Shown here: in pieces, positions 46,232-58,413 of the stretch | Layout: every line of letters begins with the position of its first letter | Numbering within the stretch: the stretch's first letter is position 1 | NCBI GenBank assembly: GCA_020720365.1 | Contig: DYOU01000005.1 | Span: forward strand, 1 to 62,132 | Source of the DNA: Candidatus Elulimicrobium sp. | GTDB taxonomy: Bacteria; Omnitrophota; Gorgyraeia; Zapsychrales; Fredricksoniimonadaceae | Length of the DNA stretch: 62,132 nucleotides | Direction: 5' to 3' | Notes under the pieces: generated by a model | Database searches by the model: none | What the model saw: the letters and a program-made list of their open reading frames with translations, nothing else | Told to the model about the DNA's origin: nothing | Position numbers and translations under genes: made by a program

Positions 46232-49200
46232 ACTTACCCATTTCTATTTTTTTATACTTGCTAAAACCCGTTCCCGCAGGGATCAAATGTCCGACGATAA
46301 CGTTTTCTTTAAGCCCTGAAAGAGTGTCGATTTTACCAGACGAAGCTGCTTCTGTCAACACTCTTGTTGTTTCTTGAAAGCTCGCAGCAGAAATAAAGCT
46401 CTCCGTCGACAAAGACACCTTAGTGATCCCTAAAAGCAACGGAGTTGCAGATGCCGGCTTCTTTTTCTTTTTTAATAATTCTTCATTAGTATTTTTAAAC
46501 ACCAGCCTGTCGATCTGCTCTCCGACGAGGAATTCACTATCGCCAGTCTCATCGATACGAACTTTCTTTAACATTTGAGAAATAATTAATTCTATGTGTT
46601 TATCATTGATCCTTACGCCCTGCAAACGATAAACTTCCTGAACTTCATTCAGTAAATATTCCTGAAGCTCCTTATCTCCCTGTACCCTTAAAATATCCTG
46701 CGGTACGACGGGGCCTTCCGTAAGAGGCTGACCAGCGAAAACCATATCACCCTTATACACCGTCGGGTGCTTGCCATGAGGAATCGTATATTCTTTTGTC
46801 ATTCCCGTCGAACTCTTGACAATGATCGTCCTATGCCCACGACGATCTTCACCAAATTCCACCAGACCGTCGATCTCTGCAATAACAGCCGGATCTTTCG
46901 GACGGCGCGCTTCAAAAAGTTCAGCAACACGCGGGAGACCTCCCGTAATATCACGTGTTTTTTGAGCACCGCGAGGGATCTTGGCGATCAATTCACCAGC
47001 TTGAACAGTATGTTTGTCTTCCACCAGAATGTGCGCGCCTACCGGGATCGAATAAATACCCGCGACTTCAGCGCCGACATTAATGACGATCTGAGGATGA
47101 TATTCCTGCTTGTGCTCAACAACAACACGCTCCGTGATCCCTGTAACAGGGCTCTGCTCTTCACGTACGGTAATGCCTTCTTTAAGGTCTTCAAACGTGA
47201 TCACACCCTTGACTTCCGTAATGATCGGAATAGTATAAGGATCCCACTTGGCAAAAATTACACCCTTTTCAACTACAGCTCCGTCGGCAAGAGAGATCGA
47301 GGCGCCTTGCGGCAGCTGATAACGCTCATGTTCGCGGCCATACTCATTATTAATTGAGATCGATCCGTTACGATTGAGGACAATAAACTCATTTCCCTTT
47401 TGAACAACACGCAACTGATGATACTTAACCTCTCCTTTATTCTTGGAACGCAAGAACGACTGCTCAACAGAACGACTGGCCGTACCACCGATATGGAACG
47501 TTCTCATCGTCAACTGAGTCCCTGGTTCACCAATGGACTGCGCGGCAATAATCCCCACAGCTTCACCCAGCTCCACCAGACGCTGCGTTGCCAGGTTCCG
47601 GCCATAACATTTGGCACAAATACCCTTTTGCGCTTCGCATGTAAGCCCACTGCGAATACGGACTTTTTCAATACCAAGCTGCTCGATCATATCCGCATTC
47701 TCTTCAGAAATGATCTCCCCAGCAGAAACAACTCTTTGATCTGTCACAATATCAACAATACTATCCAGCGCAACGCGCCCGACAATACGTTCCTTAAGAG
47801 AAACAACAACCTCATCACCCTCAATAATAGCCGAAACCGCCACACCATTCAACGTGCCGCAATCGTCAACAGTCACAACAACTTCCTGCGCAACGTCAAC
47901 AAGACGGCGAGTTAAATACCCGGCGTCAGCTGTCTTCAAAGCCGTATCCGCCAACCCCTTACGCGCACCGTGTGTCGAAATAAAATACTCTAACACCGTT
48001 AACCCTTCACGAAAACTGGCTGTGATCGGATTTTCAATAATTTCACCTGACGGCTTGGCCATCAAACCACGCATACCGGACAACTGCCGGATCTGAAGCT
48101 TCGAACCGCGCGCCCCTGAATCTGCCATAATATAAACAGGATTGAAGGAGTCCATCTTTTTGAACACCAAGTCAGAAATAACTTCCGTCGTATGCGTCCA
48201 AATATCAATAACCTTGTTATACCGTTCGCGTCCGGTAATGACACCTTTATGGTACTGCTCTTCAACCTTTTCAGCGTCGTGCTTAGCTCCCGCAAGAATC
48301 GTCGCCTTCTCTTTGGGGATCGTCAGATCCGACATTGAGATAGAAATACCCGCATTCGTTGCTGAACAAAAACCTAACGCCTTGACCCTGTCCAAAAGCT
48401 GGACAGTTTCATGGTGTCCGAGGATCTTATAACATGATGCGATAACCGCACCGATACGTTTCTTGTCTAACAGAACATTAACAAAACCCATTCCTTCCGG
48501 CATCACTTCATTAAATAATACGCGGCCGACGGTAGTTTCAATAATGCGCGTTTTAATAGCCTCCGCACTCACCTCACCTGTAGTCACGGCAGCATTGGTC
48601 TTAATAACCACTGAGGGCTTTTCATCCCCCCAGACAGGAATATCTAGACGAAGCCGGATACGAGAATGCAACTCCAGTAAGCAATCATTATACGCAATAA
48701 TAACTTCATTCCGATTAGCAAATAACTTGTCTTCCCCCATCAATCCCGCTCTCTCCTTGGACAAATAATACAGACCAAGGACAATATCCTGAGTAGGTGA
48801 TACGATCGGACGGCCATCTGCCGGTGAAAAAAGATTGTTGACTGAAAGCAACTGAAGGCGACACTCGATCTGAGCTTCATTGGACAACGGCACGTGAACA
48901 GCCATCTGGTCACCATCAAAGTCAGCATTGAACGCCGTACACACTAACGGATGCAAGGTGATCGCTTTTCCTTCAATAAGAACCGGCTGAAAGGCCTGAA
49001 TCGAAAGACGATGCAATGTCGGTGCACGGTTGAGCATGATCGGATGATCTTTAATAACCTCATCCAGGATATCCCATACTTCAACATTCGCACGTTCCAC
49101 CATGCGTTTGGCACCTTTGATCGTATGGACAAAACCTTTTTCACGTAGTTTACGAATAATGAACGGCTCAAACAACTCAAGCGCCATCTTCTTAGGTAAA

Positions 49201-50282
49201 CCACACTGGTGCAGCTTGAGTTCAGGGCCGACGACAATGACCGAACGACCAGAGTAATCAACGCGTTTACCAAGCAAATTCATACGGAAACGGCCCTGTT
49301 TACCCTTAAGCATATCAGAAAGAGACTTAAGAGGACGGTTACCGGAACCAAGTACAGGCCGGCCATGACGACCATTATCAAGAAGGGCGTCAACCGCTTC
49401 CTGCAGCATACGCTTTTCATTACGTATAATTATCTCTGGAGCGCTTAAATCGATTAGCTTACGCAGACGATTATTACGATTAATAACACGGCGATACAGA
49501 TCATTCAGATCTGAAGTAGCAAAACGTCCACCTTCGAGAGGTACTAAAGGACGAAGATCCGGCGGTATAACAGGAAGGATTTCAAGGACCATCCATTCAG
49601 CCATATTCCCGGAAACTTTAAAATCTTCTACGATCTGCAGAGTTTTGGATATCTTTTTAAAATTTGTTCCACTTGGATTGGATTTCTCCAGATCCTTACG
49701 CAATTTTTTGCACAAAAGATCCATATCACTCTCACGCAGAAGATCCCGAACAGCTTCTGCACCAATCCTGGCTTTAAAAGCTGCACCATATTTAGCAACA
49801 GCTTCCTGATACTTGTCTTCGGACAATAATTCCTTCTTTTTTAAAGGAGTTGTCCCAGGATCCATAACAACATATTCTTCATAGTAAATAATTTTCTCCA
49901 AATCACGAAGACCCAAAGACAACAAGGCCGCCAATCGACTGGGAACTGCTTTGTAAAACCAGATGTGCGTTACAGGACAAGCCAGGTCAATATGCCCCAT
50001 ACGTTCACGCCGCACAGAAGAACGCGTAACCAACACGCCGCAACGGTCGCAAGTGATACCCTTGAACTTGATCCCTTTATATTTACCGCAATTACATTCC
50101 CAATCGCGAACAGGCCCGAATATGCGTTCACAAAAGAGCCCATCCTTCTCAGGTTTAAGCGTGCGATAGTTAAGCGTTTCTGCCTTTTTCACTGCCCCTG
50201 TAGACCAGGACTTAATGATTTCAGGAGAAGCAATTTTAATAGAAACTCTATCTTGAGTGATGACTTCTTTATTGGTTTTCAT
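46182..50282 (-). CDS. rpoC: DNA-directed RNA polymerase subunit beta'
   Basis: Catalytic motif [12 protein letters not shown] and the zinc-finger segment CNCGKYKG...CDRCG. The ORF-track start at 50324 is a TTG. The ATG at 50282 ([20 protein letters not shown]) gives a canonical N-terminus and overlaps rpoB by 14 nt. Confidence 0.95.
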   Translation of the reverse strand: MKTNKEVITQDRVSIKIASPEIIKSWSTGAVKKAETLNYRTLKPEKDGLFCERIFGPVRDWECNCGKYKGIKFKGITCDRCGVLVTRSSVRRERMGHIDLACPVTHIWFYKAVPSRLAALLSLGLRDLEKIIYYEEYVVMDPGTTPLKKKELLSEDKYQEAVAKYGAAFKARIGAEAVRDLLRESDMDLLCKKLRKDLEKSNPSGTNFKKISKTLQIVEDFKVSGNMAEWMVLEILPVIPPDLRPLVPLEGGRFATSDLNDLYRRVINRNNRLRKLIDLSAPEIIIRNEKRMLQEAVDALLDNGRHGRPVLGSGNRPLKSLSDMLKGKQGRFRMNLLGKRVDYSGRSVIVVGPELKLHQCGLPKKMALELFEPFIIRKLREKGFVHTIKGAKRMVERANVEVWDILDEVIKDHPIMLNRAPTLHRLSIQAFQPVLIEGKAITLHPLVCTAFNADFDGDQMAVHVPLSNEAQIECRLQLLSVNNLFSPADGRPIVSPTQDIVLGLYYLSKERAGLMGEDKLFANRNEVIIAYNDCLLELHSRIRLRLDIPVWGDEKPSVVIKTNAAVTTGEVSAEAIKTRIIETTVGRVLFNEVMPEGMGFVNVLLDKKRIGAVIASCYKILGHHETVQLLDRVKALGFCSATNAGISISMSDLTIPKEKATILAGAKHDAEKVEEQYHKGVITGRERYNKVIDIWTHTTEVISDLVFKKMDSFNPVYIMADSGARGSKLQIRQLSGMRGLMAKPSGEIIENPITASFREGLTVLEYFISTHGARKGLADTALKTADAGYLTRRLVDVAQEVVVTVDDCGTLNGVAVSAIIEGDEVVVSLKERIVGRVALDSIVDIVTDQRVVSAGEIISEENADMIEQLGIEKVRIRSGLTCEAQKGICAKCYGRNLATQRLVELGEAVGIIAAQSIGEPGTQLTMRTFHIGGTASRSVEQSFLRSKNKGEVKYHQLRVVQKGNEFIVLNRNGSISINNEYGREHERYQLPQGASISLADGAVVEKGVIFAKWDPYTIPIITEVKGVITFEDLKEGITVREEQSPVTGITERVVVEHKQEYHPQIVINVGAEVAGIYSIPVGAHILVEDKHTVQAGELIAKIPRGAQKTRDITGGLPRVAELFEARRPKDPAVIAEIDGLVEFGEDRRGHRTIIVKSSTGMTKEYTIPHGKHPTVYKGDMVFAGQPLTEGPVVPQDILRVQGDKELQEYLLNEVQEVYRLQGVRINDKHIELIISQMLKKVRIDETGDSEFLVGEQIDRLVFKNTNEELLKKKKKPASATPLLLGITKVSLSTESFISAASFQETTRVLTEAASSGKIDTLSGLKENVIVGHLIPAGTGFSKYKKIEMGKYADNTAVDSQGQAAES

Positions 50283-53200
50283 TGACCTTGTCACCCTTTT
50301 CAGCTTCATTCTCGGTTTTTTCAAGCTTGATATCCAGACACAAACCTTGTAATTCTTTAACTAAAACATTAAAGGATTCCGGGATCCCCGGAGGTAATGC
50401 CTGCTCACCCTTGACAATTGCTTCATAAATACGGCTGCGACCAAGGACATCATCTGATTTAACTGTTAACATTTCCTGAAGCGTATACGCTGCTCCATAA
50501 GCTTCAAGCGCCCAAACTTCCATCTCACCAAAACGCTGACCACCAAAATGAGCTTTCCCACCAAGCGGCTGCTGCGTTACGAGTGAATACGGCCCAATGG
50601 AACGAGCATGGATCTTTTCATCAACCAAATGATTTAGTTTAAGCATATAAATTGCGCCAACTGTCACCTTCTGATCGAACGGGATCCCTGTATGGCCATC
50701 AAGAACGACTGTTTTACCATCCTCCGGAAGCCCAGCTTCTTTCAAATACGCACAGATCTGTTCTTCTGTTGCTCCGTTAAATACCGGTGACAACACGCGA
50801 ATACCTAAGACCTTTGCCGCCCATCCCAAATGAGTTTCAAGCAACTGGCCAACATTCATACGTGATGGAACACCCAGTGGATTAAGGACGATATCAACCG
50901 CACGGCCATCTGTCAGAAAAGGCATGTCCTCTTCAGGCATAATCCGTGAGACAATACCCTTGTTTCCATGGCGTCCAGCCATCTTGTCACCAACAGATAG
51001 TTTGCGTTTGGTCGCCACATAAACAACGACACGTTTCAACACGCCCGCAGGAAGCTCATCACCCTTGCGCACCCGATCAATCTCGCGATCTTCTTCTTCA
51101 GCAAGTTCCGCGATCCGATCATTGAAGAATGCCAAAACCTCACGCCCTTCACTTTCTTCCTCAATATCTTCTATAGTCAACAGAGCAACCTTCTTTTCAT
51201 TCAAACCCAAAAGATCGCTTAATTTCTTATTCTTCTCATCATTAACAAATTCGATCTCCTGCTTGTAATATTCACGAATCTTGTCGATTTCTAATTGTTC
51301 TTTGGACTTGTCTGCCTTTGACTTTCTTCCGCGTTCATTGCGCTGAAAAACCTCAACATTCACAATAACACCACTGATCCCAGGAGAAAGCGTCAAGGAA
51401 GTATCACGAACATCCGCAGCTTTCTCACCAAAGATAGCGCGCAAAAGACGCTCTTCAGGAGAAAGTTCTTTCTCACTCTTCGGAGTCACCTTCCCAACAA
51501 GAATATCTCCGGCCTTCACTTCTGCCCCGATCCGAACGACACCCTCCGGTGTAAGATCTTTTAACGCATCTTCACCGACGTTCGGGATATCCCGCGTGAT
51601 CTCTTCATTGCCAAGACGAGTCTCACGACATTCACATTCAAAACGTTCGATATGAATAGACGTAAATTTATCTTCACGCACAACCCGTTCATTTATAAGA
51701 ATAGCATCTTCAAAGTTATATCCGCGCCATGGCATAAACGCAACGATAACGTTACGGCCAAGAGCCACTGCGCCATTCTTTGTTGCCACACCATCAGCGA
51801 TGACCTGACCTTGCTCAACCGTTTCACCTAACCTGACAAGAGGCGTCTGGTGAACACACGTATTAGCGTTAGATCTCTGATAGATCTTCAAGGCATAAAC
51901 AGTCTCACCGATCACAATCTCTGACGCATCAAGCCGAGTCACTATTCCCGCTTCTTTAGCCACAATAACAGCACCAGAATCGATAGCCACTTTCTCTTCC
52001 ATCCCCGTACCAACAAGCGGAGCATCCGTAATCATCAGCGGAACAGCCTGACGTTGCATGTTTGAACCCATCAAAGCACGGTTGGCGTCATCATGCTCCA
52101 GGAACGGGATCATTGCCGTCGCAACCGATACCAGCTGCTTAGGCGACACATCAATATATTCAACCTTGTCAGGAGACACGATCGGAAAATCGGTCTTGTA
52201 ACGGCAATAAACTTCCTTGACCGAAATCGTTCCGTCTTTATCAAGCGGAGTATTCGCCTGAGCAATAAATTTATCTTCATCCTTATCGGCCGTTAAATAC
52301 TCGATCTTCTTGGTGACACGGCCATTCTCGACTTTATGATACGGTGTCTCAATGAACCCGAGCTCATTAACACGCGCACAGGTGCTTAATGAAGAAATCA
52401 GTCCGATGTTCGGACCTTCAGGAGTCTCGATCGGACAAACACGACCATAATGTGTCGGGTGAACGTCACGGACTTCAAAACCGGCACGTTCACGTGAAAG
52501 GCCGCCAGGACCAAGCGCCGATAAGCGGCGTTTATGTGTCATTTCTGAAATAGGATTAACCTGGTCAGCAAACTGGGAAAGCTGACTACGAGCAAAAAAA
52601 TCCTGGATCTGATTTGAAAACAGGCGCGAATTGATCAAATGATGTGCCGTCAGATTCTCAAAATTACTCATAACAACCAGGCGCTCCTTAATGGAACGCT
52701 CGAGCCGCGATAAACCGATACGGATCTGATTCTGAACTAACTCACCGACAGTCTTAATACGACGATTGCCTAAGTGGTCAATGTCATCACACACACCTTG
52801 ACCGGTGCGCAGTCCAAATAAATAACGGGTGGTTTCAACAACTGTTGTAATATCAAGAACCCGATTATCCAACGGGACATTAATGCCTAACTTGCGATTC
52901 GCTATATGACGGCCAACTTTGGATAAGTCATACCGCTTCGGATCAAAGAATAAACGGAAGAATAACGCTTCAGCAACCTCGACTGTCGCCGGTTCTGTCG
53001 GGCGCATCTTGCGATAAAAATCCAAAAGAGCATCTTCCTTAGATTCTGTATGGTCTTTTTCCAGAGTCGGTGCTAATTTATCAAAAGAATCACCGAACAT
53101 CTTTTGCATATCATCCCGGGAAACCAAACCCATGATACGGAAAATCTGTGTCGCCGGAAAATTCCGACGACGATCGATCTGCGCCCACATAACATCATTC

Positions 53201-53727
53201 AGATCAAACTTGATCTCGAACCATGCCCCGCGTGACGGGATCATACGGCCATAATAGATGCTTTTCCCAGTCGGATGGGTCTCTTCTTCAAAAGAAACCC
53301 CCGGGGGTCTTTGAATCTGCGAAACAACAACGCGTTCATCACCATTAATGATGAAGGTCCCTGTTTCTGTCATTAAAGGAAAATCACCTAAATAAACCTC
53401 TTGTTCTTTAATATCAACAGGCGATATCAAGCGTAGTTTGACTTTCAACGGCGCAGAATACGTCATCCCGCGGCGCTGACATTCCAAACGAGTATACTTT
53501 TCTTTACCAAAAGAATAACTGATATACTCTAATTTGATTTGTCCGTCGTAGCTCTCCAAAGGAAACACTTCACGAAAAACCTCTTCGAGCCCCTGATCAG
53601 CGCGTTTATCTGGACTGCATTCACGCTGGAGAAAACTCTCATACGACTTAACCTGAAGATCCAAGAGCGATGGTAATTCGAAATTGTCCTGGAATTTACT
53701 TAAAATCTTAATAGTTTGTTTGGCCAT
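50269..53727 (-). CDS. rpoB: DNA-directed RNA polymerase subunit beta (compact, 1152 aa)
   Basis: Segments [41 protein letters not shown] and RMNVGQ. Confidence 0.97.
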   Translation of the reverse strand: MAKQTIKILSKFQDNFELPSLLDLQVKSYESFLQRECSPDKRADQGLEEVFREVFPLESYDGQIKLEYISYSFGKEKYTRLECQRRGMTYSAPLKVKLRLISPVDIKEQEVYLGDFPLMTETGTFIINGDERVVVSQIQRPPGVSFEEETHPTGKSIYYGRMIPSRGAWFEIKFDLNDVMWAQIDRRRNFPATQIFRIMGLVSRDDMQKMFGDSFDKLAPTLEKDHTESKEDALLDFYRKMRPTEPATVEVAEALFFRLFFDPKRYDLSKVGRHIANRKLGINVPLDNRVLDITTVVETTRYLFGLRTGQGVCDDIDHLGNRRIKTVGELVQNQIRIGLSRLERSIKERLVVMSNFENLTAHHLINSRLFSNQIQDFFARSQLSQFADQVNPISEMTHKRRLSALGPGGLSRERAGFEVRDVHPTHYGRVCPIETPEGPNIGLISSLSTCARVNELGFIETPYHKVENGRVTKKIEYLTADKDEDKFIAQANTPLDKDGTISVKEVYCRYKTDFPIVSPDKVEYIDVSPKQLVSVATAMIPFLEHDDANRALMGSNMQRQAVPLMITDAPLVGTGMEEKVAIDSGAVIVAKEAGIVTRLDASEIVIGETVYALKIYQRSNANTCVHQTPLVRLGETVEQGQVIADGVATKNGAVALGRNVIVAFMPWRGYNFEDAILINERVVREDKFTSIHIERFECECRETRLGNEEITRDIPNVGEDALKDLTPEGVVRIGAEVKAGDILVGKVTPKSEKELSPEERLLRAIFGEKAADVRDTSLTLSPGISGVIVNVEVFQRNERGRKSKADKSKEQLEIDKIREYYKQEIEFVNDEKNKKLSDLLGLNEKKVALLTIEDIEEESEGREVLAFFNDRIAELAEEEDREIDRVRKGDELPAGVLKRVVVYVATKRKLSVGDKMAGRHGNKGIVSRIMPEEDMPFLTDGRAVDIVLNPLGVPSRMNVGQLLETHLGWAAKVLGIRVLSPVFNGATEEQICAYLKEAGLPEDGKTVVLDGHTGIPFDQKVTVGAIYMLKLNHLVDEKIHARSIGPYSLVTQQPLGGKAHFGGQRFGEMEVWALEAYGAAYTLQEMLTVKSDDVLGRSRIYEAIVKGEQALPPGIPESFNVLVKELQGLCLDIKLEKTENEAEKGDKVNENQ

Positions 53728-53836
53728 ATCCGTCCGAAAGGTATTTCATTCGATCCAGGACAACCGAGATTCCGTTGCGCGAGTCCCCCGAAGGGGAAAT
53801 CTCTGGTCAATCATGGATATCTTGTCAAGAATCCTC

Positions 53837-53875
53837 AACAAAATAGGAGCTGAGGCGGAAAAATCCGCCTCAGCT
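53837..53875 (-). terminator. rplL-rpoB intergenic hairpin: putative rho-independent attenuator
   Basis: A perfect 12-bp stem AGCTGAGGCGGA / TCCGCCTCAGCT (53848-53859 and 53864-53875) closes a 4-nt loop. On the minus strand it is followed by CCTATTTTGTT. A partial terminator at this position is well known in E. coli. Confidence 0.6.
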
Positions 53876-53938
53876 TGTTCAAGAAAAGGCTTCACTATAA
53901 ATTCATCAGATAATATCAAATGACATTATTAAAGAATA

Positions 53939-54337
53939 TTACTGTAACTCAACCTTTGCACCAGCAGCCTCGAGCTTCTTCTTGATCTCTTCAGCTTCTT
54001 CCTTGGTCGCATCTTCCTTAACGGCCTTCGGAGCAGCTTCAACAAGGTCTTTAGCTTCCTTCAGACCAAGATTGGTGATCGCACGAACTTCTTTAATGAC
54101 GTTGATCTTGCTTGCACCCGCTTCTTTGAGAACAACCTTGAATGTTGTCTTTTCCTCAGCTGCCGGAGCAGCAGCTCCACCAGCAGCAGGACCAGCCATC
54201 ATCATCGGCGCAGCAGCCGTGATGCCGAATTTGGCTTCCAACGCCTTAACGAGGTCGGAAAGCTCCAAAGCAGTAAGAGTAGAAATACTCTTAATGAGCT
54301 CATCGAGCTTCGGAGAAAGATTTGCATTGTCAGACAT
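53939..54337 (-). CDS. rplL: 50S ribosomal protein L7/L12
   Basis: An Ala-rich hinge and the C-terminal domain segment [24 protein letters not shown]. Confidence 0.96.
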   Translation of the reverse strand: MSDNANLSPKLDELIKSISTLTALELSDLVKALEAKFGITAAAPMMMAGPAAGGAAAPAAEEKTTFKVVLKEAGASKINVIKEVRAITNLGLKEAKDLVEAAPKAVKEDATKEEAEEIKKKLEAAGAKVELQ

Positions 54338-54868
54338 TTAATTACCTCCCGTTTTTTCGCTTAACTGTTTCAAAATCAAAATGAGTTCTGTGGTTTTACC
54401 GTTTAGGGCCCTGGCCAAACGCGTCATCGGCGCTTGGAGTGTACCCAACAACTGAGCAATAAGTACTTCTTTCGATGGAAGTTCAGAGATACGTTTGATA
54501 TCTTCCTTGCGCAGCAGGCTCTTATCAAGCACACCACCGCAGAAAACAAAGTTCTCGTTCTTCTTGGCGAATTCTACAAGGACCTTGGCAATATCAGCCG
54601 GATCAGCACTAGTGAAAATAACTGCAGTCTGTCCGTTAAGGCCTTCAGCCAACGACGTATAATTTGTCCCTTTTAACGCGACTTTAACCAATGAATTGCG
54701 GGACGCACACATCTTGGCTTTTTTCTGACGAAGCGTCTTTCTGAGGCTTGAAAGATCACCTGAAGAAATTTTTTGATAATTCACGACTACGGCCGTGCTA
54801 TTTTTCTCAACACCATCTTTAATGGTCTTGATCATTGAATCTCTATAAACTTTACCGACTTTTATCAT
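54338..54868 (-). CDS. rplJ: 50S ribosomal protein L10
   Basis: Its position between rplA and rplL, and the segment VVVNYQKISSGDLSSLRKTLR. Confidence 0.93.
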   Translation of the reverse strand: MIKVGKVYRDSMIKTIKDGVEKNSTAVVVNYQKISSGDLSSLRKTLRQKKAKMCASRNSLVKVALKGTNYTSLAEGLNGQTAVIFTSADPADIAKVLVEFAKKNENFVFCGGVLDKSLLRKEDIKRISELPSKEVLIAQLLGTLQAPMTRLARALNGKTTELILILKQLSEKTGGN

Positions 54869-55551
54869 ATGGCCACCTTCACACCAGCTCCCATCGTTGA
54901 CGACAGGTATACACTTTTTATAAAAATGCCTTTAACCGAGGCTGGCTTGGCATGATTGATCGTATCAATAACAACCTGGGCATTCGCCAGGATCTTATCT
55001 ATCGTAAACGAACGCTTCCCCACTCCAAGATGAATACCACCCTGCTTATCGCTTTTAAACTCAACACGTCCCGCCTTAACCTCTCTAAGAGCGCGCTCAA
55101 CATCAGGAGTAACGGTCCCGGCTTTAGGCGACGGCATAAGACCGCGCGGGCCAAGAACCTTCCCTAACCGGCTCAAGTCTTTCATCATATCCGGAGTAGC
55201 TACGATACAATCAAAATCAAGGAAACCTTCTTTATCGATCTTCTCAATAAGATCAAGGCCGCCAACAAAATCCGCACCGGCATTCTTTGCTTTAGCAACA
55301 TTGTCACCCTGACAGATAACAGCGACCCTTACTGTCTTTCCTGTACCATGAGGAAGAACAATCGTTCCGCGAACGTTATGATCTGAATCTTTCGTATCAA
55401 TCCCAAGATCAAAATGCAGCTCAACAGTTTCATCAAACTTTATCTTAGGCGTCTGTTGCAATGCTTCTATCGCTTCCTTTAAAGGATACGATTTTCCAAT
55501 TTGAACTTTTTTATAAGCCTCTGTAACGCGCTTACTCATCTTTGTAGCCAT
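54865..55551 (-). CDS. rplA: 50S ribosomal protein L1
   Basis: Segments [31 protein letters not shown] and MGAGVKV. Confidence 0.95.
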   Translation of the reverse strand: MATKMSKRVTEAYKKVQIGKSYPLKEAIEALQQTPKIKFDETVELHFDLGIDTKDSDHNVRGTIVLPHGTGKTVRVAVICQGDNVAKAKNAGADFVGGLDLIEKIDKEGFLDFDCIVATPDMMKDLSRLGKVLGPRGLMPSPKAGTVTPDVERALREVKAGRVEFKSDKQGGIHLGVGKRSFTIDKILANAQVVIDTINHAKPASVKGIFIKSVYLSSTMGAGVKVAI

Positions 55552-55552
55552 G

Positions 55553-55978
55553 TTAATCCTTTATCGCTATTCCCATGCTTCTCGCTGTACCTTTTACTGT
55601 ACGCGTCGCCTGATCCAGGTCGCCGGTATTAAGATCGTCCATTTTCTGCTTGGCGATCTCCTCAACCTGTGCTTTTGTGACCGTTCCGATAGTTTCCTTA
55701 CCCGCTAAACCAGATGCTTTAGCCAGTTTGGCCGCCTTCTTAAGAAGAGCAGAACTAGGCGGAGTCTTGATAATAAAATCAAAAGACTTGTCTTTGTAAA
55801 CATTAATGACTACAGGTAAAGGCATCGCATCCCTACCCCGGGTCTGTTCATTAAATTTCTTGCAGAACTCCATAATATTCACACCGTGCTGACCAAGCGC
55901 GGGACCCACTGGCGGTGCAGGATTTGCTAAACCAGCAGTAACGTAAAGATTAACTTTTGCAACAATTTCTTTTGCCAT
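55553..55978 (-). CDS. rplK: 50S ribosomal protein L11
   Basis: Segments [29 protein letters not shown] and [11 protein letters not shown]. Confidence 0.96.
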   Translation of the reverse strand: MAKEIVAKVNLYVTAGLANPAPPVGPALGQHGVNIMEFCKKFNEQTRGRDAMPLPVVINVYKDKSFDFIIKTPPSSALLKKAAKLAKASGLAGKETIGTVTKAQVEEIAKQKMDDLNTGDLDQATRTVKGTARSMGIAIKD

Positions 55979-55990
55979 AATTTTATCCGT

Positions 55991-56515
55991 TTAAATTTTT
56001 TCTACCTGCCAATACTCTAACTCAACAAGAGTTGAACGGCCAAAAATAGAGACGCTTACCTTAAGCTTACCCCTGTCAGGAAACGTCTCAACAACGATAC
56101 CGTTGAAATTAGCGAATGGCCCCTGATTTATGCGAACCGGCTCGTTGGATTCAAAAACAATCTTCGGAGAAGGCTTGGATTCTGTATCTACTGAACGTTT
56201 AAGAATATTATTCACTTCCGCATCGGAAAGCTTCTGAGGCTTGCGACCGGGTCCAATAAAACTTGTTACACCTGGCGTTGTTTTGATCAAGTACCAGCTT
56301 TCCTTATTCATATCCATCTTTACAATGAGATACCCAGGAAAGAACTTGCGGGTCGTAATACGTTTTTTCCCGCCGCGGACTTCAGAAACCTGCTCTGTTG
56401 GAACAACGATCTCTTCGATATAATTCTTGAGAGCTGTTTGCTCCATACGACGGTCTAAACCGGCTTTTACCCGATCTTCTGCACCAGTCTGTGTATGAAT
56501 AACGTACCAATCCAT
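55991..56515 (-). CDS. nusG: transcription termination/antitermination factor NusG
   Basis: NGN domain segments MDWYVIHTQTGAEDRV and FPGYLIV. KOW segment INQGPFANFNGIV. Confidence 0.95.
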   Translation of the reverse strand: MDWYVIHTQTGAEDRVKAGLDRRMEQTALKNYIEEIVVPTEQVSEVRGGKKRITTRKFFPGYLIVKMDMNKESWYLIKTTPGVTSFIGPGRKPQKLSDAEVNNILKRSVDTESKPSPKIVFESNEPVRINQGPFANFNGIVVETFPDRGKLKVSVSIFGRSTLVELEYWQVEKI

Positions 56516-56523
56516 AATATCAA

Positions 56524-56709
56524 TTACCTTATAATACTGCTAAGTCCACGAGAAAGGATCAGATCAGTAAGAGTGATAAAGCAGCCTAAACAAATAGCAC
56601 TGATAATAACAATAAACGATGAGTTAATAAGGTCTTTCCTGGGTGTCCAGTTGACCTTCTTTAACTCGGCGATGACTTCCTCTAAGAATTTCTTTGCTTT
56701 AATAATCAT
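56524..56709 (-). CDS. secE: preprotein translocase subunit SecE
   Basis: A 61-aa protein with EVIAELKKVNWTPRKDL followed by a single TM helix. It lies upstream of nusG. Confidence 0.9.
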   Translation of the reverse strand: MIIKAKKFLEEVIAELKKVNWTPRKDLINSSFIVIISAICLGCFITLTDLILSRGLSSIIR

Positions 56710-56723
56710 TTGCTTAAGAACTA

Positions 56724-56797
56724 CAGGCCAGGCAGGATTCGAACCTGCAACCTGCGGTTTTGGAGACCGTCGCTCTACCAGTTAGAGCTACTGGCCT
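56724..56797 (-). tRNA. tRNA-Trp (anticodon CCA)
   Basis: The reverse complement is AGGCCAGTAGCTCTAACTGGTAGAGCGACGGTCTCCAAAACCGCAGGTTGCAGGTTCGAATCCTGCCTGGCCTG. It forms a cloverleaf with anticodon loop CTCCAAA. It occupies the canonical position upstream of secE. Confidence 0.9.
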
Positions 56798-56801
56798 AAA
56801 T

Positions 56802-56954
56802 TTACTTTTTCATTTCCTTATGAGTCGTATGCTTACGATCAAAAGGACAGTACTTGCTGAGTTCAATACGCTCAGGTTTTTTCTTTTTGTCTTTAGTGCC
56901 GTTGTAATTGATGCGCTGGCACTCTGTACACTGAAAATGGATTACTTCTCTCAT
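56802..56954 (-). CDS. rpmG: 50S ribosomal protein L33 (50 aa; not in the ORF track)
   Basis: Hand translation gives MREVIHFQCTECQRINYNGTKDKKKKPERIELSKYCPFDRKHTTHKEMKK. The CxxC...C..(D/H) pattern is typical of L33. Confidence 0.9.
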   Translation of the reverse strand: MREVIHFQCTECQRINYNGTKDKKKKPERIELSKYCPFDRKHTTHKEMKK

Positions 56955-56974
56955 GACTACTCACTCCGTACTAA

Positions 56975-57047
<73 letters not shown>

Positions 57048-57063
57048 GTTTAAATGAAGCAAG

Positions 57064-57092
57064 AGTATATCCAACACTCTCGCTATTGTCAA
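57064..57092 (-). promoter_or_regulatory. near-consensus sigma70-type promoter upstream of tRNA-Thr and the ribosomal gene array
   Basis: On the minus strand: TTGACA (57087-57092), a 17-nt spacer, then TATACT (57064-57069). The -10 element ends 16 nt upstream of the tRNA-Thr 5' end. Confidence 0.6.
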
Positions 57093-57174
57093 GGTCTTTT
57101 GCTAACAAATAATATAAAGCAAGGGTCAGACATAGACTCTCCGACGGGAGCAGGCTTTTTATCGCTGAAAGATC

Positions 57175-58347
57175 CTAAACAATCTTCAAGAAACGGCGCT
57201 TGCCAACTTTGAGAACTCCGCGCTGAACAAGCCAACTTTCATCGGCCAGCGGAACTCCCTCAAAGGAAACTGCGCCCTGCTTGAGCAATCGGCGAGACTC
57301 ATTCTTTGATGCACAAAGCCCAGACTTAACCAGGATACTTGTTACATCAACGCCGGGCTCAAGCAAAAAAGTCACCATGTCGTCTGGCACTTCTTTACGT
57401 GCAAACACATTTTCAAAATGTTCACGCGCATCCAGAGCCGCATCGATTCCGTGAAACTGGCCGACGATCCCTCCGGCAAGTTTCATCTTCGCCTCCTTCG
57501 GGTGCATCGCACGAACAAGCTCAACAGCCTCATCCGTCAGAAGCTCGAAATATTTAAACATCAAATCATCCGAGATCGACATAAGCTTGCCAAACATATC
57601 TCGCGGCGGCTCATTGATCCCGACATAATTGCCAAGGGATTTCGACATTTTATTGACACCGTCTAATCCCTCAAGAAGAGGTGTCATGATCACAACCTGA
57701 GGCTCTGCCCCATACGCTTCCTGTATCTGACGCCCCATCAGCAGATTGAACTTTTGATCGGACCCGCCCAATTCAATGTCAGCTTTTAAAACGACGGAAT
57801 CATACCCCTGCAAGAGCGGATAGATGAATTCAAGCAGGCTGATCTCCCGGCCATCTTCAAAACGTTTCTTGAAATCAGCCCGCGCAAGCATTTGAGCCAC
57901 TGTTGAATGCGCTGTTAATTCCATCAGATCCTGAGCCGAAAACTTTGCAAACCAATCGCTATTAAACACAACCTCGGTCTTTTGAGGATCCAGAAGCTTA
58001 AAAACCTGCTCCTTGTAGGTCATCGCATTACGCGCTACATCCTCTCGGGTCATTTTCTTGCGAAGCTCATGACGGCCGGTAGGATCTCCCACTTGGGCTG
58101 TAAAATCACCAATCAAAAAAATAACTTTATGCCCAAGATCCTGGAACTGTTTCATCTTACGTAACAGGACCACATGACCTAAATGGATATCCGGTGCTGT
58201 CGGATCAAAACCTGCCTTAACAATCAGCGGAACGCCTTTCAGACGGCTTTTCTCAAGCTTCTTTTCAAGATGCTTGAGATCAATAATTTCAACTGTACCG
58301 CGGCTTATTAATTGAATGGCTTCTGACATATATAATAGAAGGAGCAT
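57175..58347 (-). CDS. tyrS: tyrosine--tRNA ligase
   Basis: HIGH motif (PDIHLGHVV), KMSKS motif and a C-terminal S4 domain. An alternative ATG at 58329 ([11 protein letters not shown]) is equally possible. Confidence 0.93.
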   Translation of the reverse strand: MLLLLYMSEAIQLISRGTVEIIDLKHLEKKLEKSRLKGVPLIVKAGFDPTAPDIHLGHVVLLRKMKQFQDLGHKVIFLIGDFTAQVGDPTGRHELRKKMTREDVARNAMTYKEQVFKLLDPQKTEVVFNSDWFAKFSAQDLMELTAHSTVAQMLARADFKKRFEDGREISLLEFIYPLLQGYDSVVLKADIELGGSDQKFNLLMGRQIQEAYGAEPQVVIMTPLLEGLDGVNKMSKSLGNYVGINEPPRDMFGKLMSISDDLMFKYFELLTDEAVELVRAMHPKEAKMKLAGGIVGQFHGIDAALDAREHFENVFARKEVPDDMVTFLLEPGVDVTSILVKSGLCASKNESRRLLKQGAVSFEGVPLADESWLVQRGVLKVGKRRFLKIV

Positions 58348-58413
58348 ATTCTTTATTTGCCTTACATTATTTCAAGCAAAAAAGAATATGCCCCCGCCCT
58401 GTTAAACCTTCTC

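Noticed and set aside
46767-47915. Long plus-strand ORFs (196 aa and 171 aa) antisense to rpoC. Similar antisense ORFs occur at 8079-8585, 2887-3318, 27645-28034 and 58792-59211.
   Set aside because: They lie entirely inside strongly supported minus-strand genes. Their translations are low-complexity and rich in R, N, L and S, with no recognisable motifs, RBS or promoter context. They are typical mirror-frame artefacts of codon bias.
53684-53923. A 79-aa plus-strand ORF in the rplL-rpoB spacer.
   Set aside because: It starts with TTG inside rpoB, has no RBS and reads through the attenuator hairpin. The spacer is better explained as a structured leader RNA.
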